A model generated the notes under the pieces. The model had not been told where the DNA came from and ran no database searches. It saw only the letters and a list, made by a program, of their open reading frames with translations. From Zootoca vivipara (lineage: Eukaryota), in contig NC_083291.1 in NCBI RefSeq assembly GCF_963506605.1, positions 24,428,001 to 24,492,000 on the forward strand: DNA of 64,000 nt, given 5' to 3'. Below, in pieces: positions 13,015 to 23,495 of this stretch; within the stretch, counting starts at the first letter, position 1, and each line of letters starts with the position of its first letter. Position numbers and translations under genes: made by a program.

Positions 13015-13882
13015 TAGGCCTGGGCGACATATCAATATATTGCCCAGGACCGGTATGAGAGGCAGACCATGATGGTGGTTTCACTCAGTGGTATATCACT
13101 AATAAAACTGCCGTCACTCCTGAGTTTCTCTAGTGCCCAGCGCAGCGAGGGAGAAACAAGCTTCAGCTGGCCGCTGGAGGCAGAGGGACTCAGAGTTGTG
13201 GCGGTTTCAACAATGATATACCGCTGACTGAAACCGCCACCACAGCTTGCCCCTCATGCCAGCACAGAGTGAGAATCAAGATGCATCAGCCAGGTGCCAA
13301 TACAGCTTGTTCCTCCCTCTTTTTCTTTAAACTTCTTGACTGAGGAGTGCACGGCTGCCCTCACCTCAGCCAAGCAGATTTACGGAACCCCCAACCCACC
13401 ACTGGCTCGCACGAGCCAGGGATGGGGGCTCTGTTAAACTGTAACTGCTCTCGGCTGAAGAAGCCCCGATCCTTCCCCTGCTTGCACATGAGCAGGAGGA
13501 GGATCTGGGCTCCCTCAGCTGGGGAGCAGGAGGCTTTGCGCTCCCCGGCTGAGGTGTGCAAATAAGCCCCTGTCCCTCTGGCATGTGTGCACACCAGTTG
13601 GGGATCTTGCTGGGCCGGGGGGCGAGAGCCTTCGTGCTTCCCGGCTGAGAAAGCCCTGCCAGTGAAGGCGAAGGGAGCCCTGGTGACAGAACCTGTAGCA
13701 GCACACTCTCCATCTTCAGGCAAGGGAGAGGGTGAACAAGCGGCCTCTTTCTCCCAGGAGGAGGAGGAGGCCTACCCCCTGGGAAGCTGTTAAATGTCCA
13801 CTTCTTTTTCACCGGTATATTTTCTTGTTGGAACACCTACCATGATGTCAATAAAGGTATGGCAATTTATCGCACGGCCCTA
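13015..13882. mobile_element. Probable hAT-like non-autonomous element
   Basis: Imperfect TIR TAGGCCTGGGCGACA / TATCGCACGGCCCTA around a GC-rich interior that has an internal inverted repeat (about 13072-13240). No clear TSD. Sits in a minus-strand L2 remnant. Confidence 0.5.
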
Positions 13883-16231
13883 GAAGGAATGGAAACCCCC
13901 TCTCTGATATTGACTAACCTGATTTCTGAAGGCAGGGACAACTACTGGTAGGTGAAAGATTGGTTGGCTTAGTCAATATGCTTGTATGGGAGAAGGCAGT
14001 TCTTCATTACCCTGTCCTAGACCTTTTAGATCTTTGTAAACTAAATCTAGCACTCTGAAGTATTGCCAGAAGTTAATGAATATCTAAAGTGAATCTGTAG
14101 ATAGGCAGGGAAAGATTGCTGTCTAAAGTCCTGGAGAGCCACTGTCAGTGCATGTGTAGACAACAGAGCTAGATAGACCAATGGTCTGACTCTGTATAAG
14201 ACACTTCCTTATGTCCCTAGAGACCCTCAATGTTTCTGCAGCTGGAGTAACGTCCACATCAGTTCTTTTTACCTCACACCAGTACTTTCCTGATTATTTC
14301 CTTGCATCATAACAATGTGCACCCATTCCTCTATTTTTACATTGTTTTCCCAGAGTCCTCTGGCCTATTTAGAGTACTTCTCCCTGCCCCATATGACGAC
14401 CCTATGTCTACAGTCGAAGTAAATTTTGCCTATGAAGCCAATTCTAGCTGTCCACGTTTAGGTTTGTAGCTTGTTTTCTGAACAGGGTTGAATTGCTATT
14501 ATATGGCAAGTTAGTTAGAGGTCCCCTGAGCTAATGTTATAACTGCTAGAAGGAAAGTCTGTATGTACTGATAAAAATAATTGTCAGCTTCCTGTTTTGA
14601 ACTGTGCATTCTATTGCTATGGCATATTTTGTCTGGGCCACTTGACCAGGACATTCCTTTAACAGAAGAGGCTCCTCTGTAGAGTTTATTATGACAGTGC
14701 TCAAGGTGAGATGATTCATGGGAGCACAGAGCATAGTTTTCTGGATTATTATTTTTTGCTATTATTAAAAGAGGCAGCTGGTTAAAATGTAAAATATGGG
14801 ACATTTTCAGGTATACCATATGAACTCCATATATAGATACTTGCATGAATGAATGCTGGAGTGGTCTGGTTCACCAGCTGCATCCCCCCCCTCTCCCATT
14901 CAACAGAAATGTACATATAAGAAGGTGCTATTTTGTATTACTATGTTTGACTGTATTCATCTTTTCTCTAAAAATTAAAATGATAAATATAAAAATTGAA
15001 AATGTCAAGTGGAGACAAAATTCTAAATAGTATAAACTTTTCCCGCTCACCTAAATACAGAATGGTGGTACTACAACATAGATGTGGCTTTCACAGATGG
15101 TGCATGACAGCTGAGTTGTGCACATGGGCAACAATACAAATCTGTTTCCTCACCCTATGTGAATGTTTGAAGTCAGAGTATTAAAAATACATTTTGATCG
15201 GTATAAGTGTACTGCAGGGGAGTTCTGTCTGTTAAATAGGAATCGCCCATCGTAAGGTAGTTTCCCAAGTATTTCGTGGTATGAAATGGGGGGTCTGCTA
15301 TTGGCAAGATAGTGTCAAAAATTCCACTGAGGATATGTAAGCTTTGATCATTTCTAATTTAGCTCTCTCTAGTTCAGGCTTCAGTTTCTCTCCTTCCCCC
15401 CACCCTTGGCAGCCATCCCCACCCACCCCTCTGCATAACTTTGCTTATGTTGTTCTAAAATCCCCATTCTCCTGTACGGGAGAAATGTGATCCTGCGTGG
15501 GTTGTCACCACCCATCTCACCACTGGTTATAAAGTATTTCTGTACCACCATCATAAAATATCAGTGTTGTGTACAACATAAAGACATAAAATACCATTAA
15601 AACAAGACAAATAATAATTTAAGCGATTAAACTACTGGGTAATCAAAACTTTATACAACTACTGTTATAAGAACAACCTTCAAGAGACACCTGAAAGTCA
15701 AAAGTAAGAGTGCCTGCTGAATCTCTTGGAAGAGTGTTCCACAGCAAATCTTATCCGTATTGGATATAACTGGGGGGGAACTGCTCATTCTGCTACACCC
15801 AAGTCCCTCCCTCCTTTCTGCAAAATGCCTGCAACAGGGGGTGCTTTGAAATAGCAAAGGGGGACTACTGCACTTTCTCCCTCAAACTTAATTGCCTCTC
15901 CCCTCCTTTATCTCTGCCAGAATTCTCACTCACTTTCAAGCCACTAATGTGAATATATCACTAATGTGAATATATGTGAACAGACAGTAAAATAACTTTT
16001 GAAGTGCGTTGAAATGAAAGCAACTGTTTTGTAGCACCTCACAGGTTTATATGTCATAAGCTTTTGCATACCCAGAGTCCATTTCATCGCAGTCATAAAT
16101 TGGTAACACTTCTGATGTACCGTACCGGTAATTTGTCACCACAAGAACTCTTTTTCCTCTTTTCACCTGACTTGTTCATAAATATTTGTCCTGTCTGGCT
16201 TTGTTTCATGAACCAAATTCATAGGAGGAGG

Positions 16232-16636
16232 GAACGGGGGAGGTTGGGGAAGCCCTTAAACAATGTTTATGTATAATTAATGATTATAATAGTTTTGTTT
16301 TTTGTTTTTCTTTGTTTTTTCTTTGTTCTTTTTCTTTTGGGGGGGTTCTTCTTTTTTGTGTAAAGTTAACAAGATGTGTTTGGACAGATAGTTGGGTGGA
16401 CACCCTCCTTCATTTTCCCTTGTCATTCTAGAGCTTCCTGGTGGCAGGAGGGGGCTCTGGGGAGGAGAAGAGGGGGGAGGGGACAAACCCAATTATAAAA
16501 TGGACCGCCTTCGACTGTCCACTTTGCATGGGACTCTCTCGTGGCAGGAGGGGGCCCGTGGGGGGTAGAAGAAGGGGGATAATATGTTATGTATGTCTTG
16601 TTTTAATGTGTATAATCAATAAAAAATATTATTAAA
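16232..16636 (+). mobile_element. 5'-truncated non-LTR retrotransposon 3' UTR (L1-like)
   Basis: 17-bp TSD AAATTCATAGGAGGAGG (16215-16231 / 16637-16653). Ends with AATAAA and an A-rich tail. Confidence 0.7.
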
Positions 16637-18623
16637 AAATTCATAGGAGGAGGAGTGACCGCACAAATCAGAGCATTTTTTGAGTTTTTCCATTTTTGTA
16701 GTTTTTTGCTGGGGGGGGGGGGTCAAAATTCCATGGTTGGGAATCAATTAGAAATAGGAAATTGTCAACTTGTTATGTGAATGCTTGCCTAACAGATTAT
16801 TTCCAGGGAAAGCATTGTTTTGGGAAGCCAGATCTGCATGTACTGACCTAGATGGTCCATTGATCAGACTCACTATAAAACAGCTTTCTATGTAAGTCTT
16901 CAGAGCAGAGCTAATCTGGCTACAAAATAAGTATCAAATGTAACAAGGAACTTGCTTAATCATAAGGGGGAAGTGGAAGGCACCATCCCAAACTGTGGAA
17001 TGCCCACCAGGAACCACTGGGGAACTAGTTTCCTGTAGCCTGAATGTGAAAAATGTTAAGTATTCTAAATGGAAAGCTGTAACATTGACTTATAAATAAG
17101 GTGGAACCACGCTCCTTTAAAGACAGCAGTCAGGATCTAGAGAACATGGAAAGTGGCTTGCTGCATTCAGGGGGGCTTTGGACATCTGTTTCTTAAATTG
17201 CAGCCCTCCTTGTTGCACTTCAAGCTTTGTTCCTAATATTGAGGGGACTTGCAAAAGCAGCTTGTGATACGGCATGATGGGAATAAGCTGTTTGAAGAAA
17301 AACGAGGCCAAAATCCCACTGGGCATGTGCAAGCTCTTGGGCTTGCCAGAAGCAGTTTGTTGTGTCCCCATATATTTTGTGCAGCCATGACAGGAACTGT
17401 GCTCCAGTAGCTGTGGTAAAGCCAGCTAGTTTGCTAGCGAGATGGCTCAGGCTTCAAATGATGTGAACTGGCTGTAGTCCATGAACAAACAACATCCAGA
17501 GGCCAAGTACTGGGTAGGGCTGGACATGTTTTTACTGAATGCAGAATAGTGGCTTCATAACAGAACACTGTTTTTCCATACTTCGTGCTGATCAGGGAGG
17601 AAAAGGAGGGGGGAAAGAGCAGTGATGTAGGGAAGGGAAGGAAAAGGGAACTCCAAACCAAAAGAATTTCTGTGGCATAATATGACTAGTAGCAATTGCT
17701 GCGGGACATTCTACAAGCTATTTTTTTCCAGCTTCATGGGCTAGCAGTGGCATTTCAAGTGTATGGGTGGAAGAAAGCATGAAGGGCTCTTTTAAAACAT
17801 CATGTTCCTTTTCCTCTTCAACAGTTTGGTTGAAATAGTTTTTTTTTAATACTTGAAATTAAATGCAGTTGAAGAAAACAAAAATGCACACCAAATGAAA
17901 GCCAAGCTTTGAGAGAGAGACTGCTCAACTGGAAAACTCTCAGGGCAGTGTACATAATAAAATTATTAATTCATAAAATCATCAAAGCTGTTCACAAGTA
18001 TACATAAAATAATTATCAACAAAATATGGATAAAATCAGAAAATCTTTTAAAAACAATATAGATGACATTATATGTCTGGGTAGGTTTTCTGAAATAAAC
18101 AGGTTTTCAGCAGGGATTTAAACCATTTAGTGAGGGTGCCTATATAGGAAGTGTCTGTAAAGCAAACATTATTTTAGGTTTTGAGAGGAAGGATACTGTA
18201 CTTGGAAGAATGTTCTGGTAAAATCTGTTAAGCACTGCAGTCTGTATAATTTTCAGTGTGTTGGGAGTGTAAGCTTTCATGTTACAGGGAAATTCTTGCC
18301 GGGCATAAGTATTCAAAGCAAGAAGAGTGGCTTATAGCGTCTAGATTTAAACATGTTTATACAATTTGAAAGCTTATGACATTAGGTGGTCCAGGAAAAG
18401 ACCACCTCATTTACACTATGGTATTGGGGAAACCAGCATGGACACAAAACTGTGGCCTCTAGAAGTAGATTGTCACATATGTAGTGTTAAGGATATGACA
18501 GTCTAAATACTTGGCTTTAAATAATACCTTGGCAACAGATTCAGTTCAAAGAAGCCATATCAATGACCGACTGGCTATGTTTTGCCTCATGTTGATGGCT
18601 TTGGGGTTTGCTGTTCTGTAGTT

Positions 18624-18644
18624 TTGTGTGTGTGTGTGTGTGTG

Positions 18645-18693
<49 letters not shown>
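18624..18693. repeat. (TG)n(TCTG)n compound microsatellite
   Basis: Directly visible. Confidence 0.95.
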
Positions 18694-18694
<1 letters not shown>

Positions 18695-20174
18695 CAAGGG
18701 ATGAACATACACATGCAGTTCAGAACTGGTCTAACTTCTCCAATAGGTTTTTATATATACAGATTGCCACAGAGAAGAAATTGTGCTTCAGTATTAAAGT
18801 TCTATGTTTAGTATTATAATAAAATTGCCTATCCTTCTAGTTACTATTCTCCCACATATTTGTAACCTGTTAAATATCTAACCTGACCCGTGTAACACAC
18901 AAGATATACATAACTGTCTATTATAGCCTTCCAGCATACGATGTGTTTTCATTAGATCTTATTGCCACTTGCCTTGGGCTGATCTTATGCAAAAAGGAAG
19001 AGGCATATTGCCAACTTTCAGAGCAGTCCTATAGATAGGGGTAAGCATGTGACCCTAAACCTGATTTCGTGCCGTCCTTGGCCTAATTTCAGAAGCCCTA
19101 TGCTAGCTTATAATTTCAGATCTCTGTTCCTCCTCTAAGGGTGGTGCAGAAAGAGGAAGAGGGCAAGGGGTGGCCCTACCTACCACCACTCACTTTGGCC
19201 TGATAAAAGGCATATTATACCATTATTGAAGAGTAAAGCATTCTACATTACATTCATGTATTGCTATAGAGGAAAGGGGAGAGGAAAGAGTGGAGACAGT
19301 ATCCTGTAGGATTTTATATTTAGTGATTTCAGAAAGTATACATTGTATTTTTAAGCAGCACAAGTTTACCAATACTGTTAAGTGCATATATACAAATAAA
19401 ATAAATGCATACATTAAAATCAGTAAAGGTATTTTGTTGTACCTTGCCATCTGAGCTGCTTCAGTGTCTGTTTAAAAAAACAAATGAGCTTTTTTCCACT
19501 ACTGCATATATACGTGTATCTTAATGTATTGGCAGTAAGACACATGCCAACCTCTTGTTGTGCACCCACCCCTGTTTTATTACACCTTAGAAAGTGACAA
19601 AGGAAACAGGTGAATAGACTTTTATCGAAAAGCTGAGGGAGAATAAATGGCAGAGGTTCTGTGCTCTTTGGCTCACTCTGGCTTAAGTAGTTACATTGAA
19701 ATTGTCAATTGGAAATGAAATTGGCCACTGTTAAATTCATAGCAGTTTGAGAAACTCATGCGAGGCATGACACTTGGTTATTTATCTGCTAACATTTGTA
19801 CTTGATGCTTTAGTCTGGCAACAACTCTGTGAAGATAGGCTGATGCAAGGAGGCAATGGCAACTTTCCCTTAAGTCCCCTCCATTGAGCCTTAAAAGCTG
19901 AGCAGATTCTCTGAACTAGGTTACCCGCATCTCAGAACTTAGTTCTGTAATCTTTGCACAAAGGTCTCACTTAACTTGTGCTTGTGTATTCTTGGAATAC
20001 AAATATTAAGTCAATGAACAAGTATACATTGTTAATCTGGAGAAAATGTTTTGGCAGTGCTTGAAGAAATGTCTTCCTCCTGTACTAGAATCATAAAGAC
20101 TGAAGCCATGATAGCTAGATTTGAGTATATGGTCTGTGTTTTCAAATGCATTTTTTCCCTTTCTTTACTTGCAG

Positions 20175-20245
20175 GTGGTGGTGGTGCTTCCTTCCAGTGC
20201 CAGTTAATCCATCAAGACCACATCTGTACAGATGACAGTGACAAG
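20175..20245 (+). CDS. RNF38: Candidate upstream exon of RNF38 (GGGASFQCQLIHQDHICTDDSDK)
   Basis: Strong pyrimidine tract and acceptor TTTTTTCCCTTTCTTTACTTGCAG, donor AAG|GTAACT. The frame is open and ends in phase 0, compatible with the exon at 47209. Assignment to RNF38 is inference. Confidence 0.5.
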
Positions 20246-22267
20246 GTAACTGAATTAAATTAGTTTCCTTCAGGTATTAAAAGTGCCAATCTTATGCAAT
20301 TGAAAGTCTGGTCAGCTGAAGTTTTATAGCAAAACAACTTATTTGTCTCAAGAGGATGTTGCTCTGTATTAAAAAGGTGTACTTTTGTGTCAGTTGTTTT
20401 GATTTTTCTATTGGCACCACCCCATGCAATGATGGGTGATAACTTGTAGACAGAGAATTTCTTTTCTTCCTCTCGCAAAGTACAGCTTCTCTCATTTGGT
20501 TCCTTTTGCCTTGCAAAGTATGAAAAAGTGTTGTGTGTGGGAATTTTTGGTTTCTGTTATAAATATTCCCTTTGATTCAGAAAAGGTTTGGGTCTCCTTT
20601 CCTTCACTCCCCAAACTCACTTTGGGCCTACCTCAAACACTGAGATTACATGGGTATGTGGTTGCAATGCAGAGTTGTGGGTAAAATGTGATAAGTTGTT
20701 TGTGTAAGCTGCTTCCTATTATGTAGATTTTAACTATACTGATGCTACTCTTCAAATATGGCAAATGTGTGGTTAGCATAAACTGTTGGTGCGGAGCTCT
20801 TTTCAGATTATAAATTAATGCACACTTCTCAGATTATAGGACTAATTTCCATGGCTTCCTGAGCTTCACAGGAAGGAGAAAACAACAACAAACTATTGAA
20901 TAAGTTTGTCATTGGAGAAAATTGTATGCCTCTATAAGTTCGTCGCAACTTGGAAGCAGTAGAGAGGATAAACTGCATAGGTGTCTCCCTTCCCACACCC
21001 TGGACCTAGGACGAGAAGGTTCTCTCACCAGCTCTTCTGGCTACTTCAGGCTATGACAGATGAAATGGTCTTGTTTTTAGTCACCTTGGATTATCTGTAC
21101 AGCAAATTCTGAAGTTGAGAAGCGTCTCACTTAGAGCTGTAAACATTATTCTGTGCATCTCTTCCACTCAGCCATTCAAGGGAGACGAAAAATGTACTTG
21201 CTTCTGAGCTAAGGACTTTAAGAGGATGTGGTAGCTACCTTTCCCCACCGCCTACAATTCAAATTCTTCTGATGAATAAGGAAGGTGACAGTTCTCTCAG
21301 GTTGGAGCAGGGGTAGAGGTTCTAGAAGCTATGATATCACTTTGAGTACTGTGGGTTCAAGGAATCTCATGACAGAACTGAAAGAGGGTTCAGATCTTAG
21401 CTTAGTGATGAATAGGGTGACTTTGTGGGGAGGGATTGCTTTCTCTGCTTTAGTTGCCCAGTTGTAAAATGAGGGAAATAATGCATAAAGCTGGCTGCGT
21501 GGAGAGAGTGTGTGTGTGTGTGCCATGGAAAGCACATCTGAATAATCACGTGCAATATAAGTACTTAAAAGAAATTACTATTTGAGAAGTGATGCTTTTG
21601 AGTTTGCACTTTTTGTGCTTTGTTTTTAAGTACTGTATGCTAATATGCATTATTTTACCTTTTGCTTTTTAAAATTTCATCTTTGGTTTTAAGAGCAGTT
21701 GAAGTAGGATTTGTCCTCCATTAGTGTTGGTGGCATTTTGTTGTCTTTGGGGAGGGTGCTAAATATAGTTGTTCTCACATCACCTTTTGTGCGGAAACTG
21801 GCCACTGTTAGACTAAGTTTTAAAAAGAAGAATGAATAGGAGGTACAAGTCCTGGTAATCTCTTTATAAATGCTTTTTCATATCAGTATGTAATCCATTT
21901 GTTGTAAACCAGAGTCTAGAATATAAAATACATGCCAAAAGAGTTTTGAATAACATCAGTCCTCATATTTCCACTTAAATTTATTGATTTTTCTTTCACT
22001 TGGACACTGGTGGTGGTGCTGTGTGTGCATAGATATTCACTGCTGATTCCATAGGAAAGATTATGTGATTGCACCCACCCATGTGATTTGGTCATTAGAT
22101 AGTCACCCAGCTGCTAATGGATAAATAGATCTCTTATGGTTAGGAAGACATATAGATATGATCTGAGACCAGCAAAAAGCCAGAGTTAGGCTTTTAATGT
22201 GTGGCCTTAAGAGAACATATGTCTGAAGCATCACTGATACTTCTCAGAATCTTTTTAAGAGTACCGG

Positions 22268-22618
22268 TGTTGTGTATTGAGTCAAAGGATTTTATATCTG
22301 TATTATTATTGTCTGTATTTGCATTAGGATAAAGTAACTGCCTTTTGGTTCCAGAGGGTACAGCTACTATTGGTTCATTTAAGCTGCTGTATTTGGATCC
22401 TCTGTCTTATTGGTTTCCTCCAAAAGGCAGCACTGTGATTGCTTGATATTGTTCCCTCCAAAATGTATCCCTTCCTAGCTAGTCCCCTGTCCCTATAAAT
22501 GTAGCTTTCCTCTCCTCAGTCTTCAGTCTTGTTCACTTTAATAAAGAGCTGTTACTAGAGAACTGTCTCCAGCATGTTATGTCAAGAGAGCTGAAATCAC
22601 AAACCCCACGTCACAACA
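22268..22618 (+). repeat. 5' LTR
   Basis: TGTTGTG...CACAACA. TATAAA at 22494, AATAAA at 22540. No difference from the 3' LTR seen by eye. Confidence 0.97.
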
Positions 22619-22620
22619 AC

Positions 22621-22638
22621 TGGCGACGAGGATGGGAT
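22621..22638 (+). other. Primer-binding site for tRNA-Ser(GCT)
   Basis: TGGCGACGAGGATGGGAT is complementary to the tRNA-Ser(GCT) 3' end ATCCCATCCTCGTCG-CCA and starts 2 nt after the LTR. Confidence 0.85.
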
Positions 22639-22745
22639 CCGGAATGCTGAGGAGCGGTTAAACACAGCCCTGCCTCAGAGTCCGGATAGCAACTGAGAAC
22701 AAGACTCACTGGCCAGCTGAGAAGACGACCCTGCCCGCTAGGACA

Positions 22746-23495
22746 ATGGAGAGTCCAAGGGTATTGGAGCCCTTCCAGCCATCAGAGCCCCACACGTGGG
22801 AAGACTACGTCGAACGCTTCGAGTTCTTTGCAGTGGCTCAAGGGATCACCGATGCCAGCAAAAGAAGGGCCACATTCCTGAGCTACTGTGGGCCCGAGAC
22901 CTTCAAGCTGGCCAAGGCATTGCTTGCTCCAGCGAAGCTGAGTGAAACATCTCTCAAAGATATTCTTGCCTGCCTAACGAGCCACTTGGCGCCTACTGAG
23001 ACCAAGATAGCCCGGCGGATGGAGTTCCATAAGAGGCAGCAGCGTGCTGGGGAGTCTGTATCCACATTTCTGGCTGAGCTCCGGAAGCTCGCTCAGCACT
23101 GCGGCTTCCAAAATCTGGAAGAGACTCTCCTGGATCGGTTTATTGGGGGTCTGAGCAGCAAGAAAGCCAGAAGACGCATCGTGGCTAAAGAAGAGGTTAC
23201 CCTTGCTTCAGCCTTGAAGGAGGCCACCGCCACGGAGAATTATGAAAGAGAGGAGCTTGATGCCAGTCGCAAGGCCACTAAGCCACAGATAGAAGTTGCA
23301 CATGCCATGGATGAGCTAGAGGCTACTCCGAGCCAGAGCCCAGTCCGTGGGGTCGAGTCGGTGCGTCAGGCCTGCACAGTGCACAAAGATCGCCGAGGCA
23401 GTTGCCCAGGTTGTGGCGGAAACCATGAGCGGAAGAGTTGTCGTTTCAGGGTTGCTCTTGAATTACGGTTTGGCATTTTATCTGGGTGGACATAA
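22746..23495 (+). CDS. gag: Gag, C-terminally truncated
   Basis: WEDYVERFEFF...FHKRQQRAGESVSTFLAELRKLAQHCGF...DRFIGG, plus one zinc knuckle CPGCGGNHERKSC. The stop codon lies inside the inverted insert. Confidence 0.9.
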   Translation: MESPRVLEPFQPSEPHTWEDYVERFEFFAVAQGITDASKRRATFLSYCGPETFKLAKALLAPAKLSETSLKDILACLTSHLAPTETKIARRMEFHKRQQRAGESVSTFLAELRKLAQHCGFQNLEETLLDRFIGGLSSKKARRRIVAKEEVTLASALKEATATENYEREELDASRKATKPQIEVAHAMDELEATPSQSPVRGVESVRQACTVHKDRRGSCPGCGGNHERKSCRFRVALELRFGILSGWT

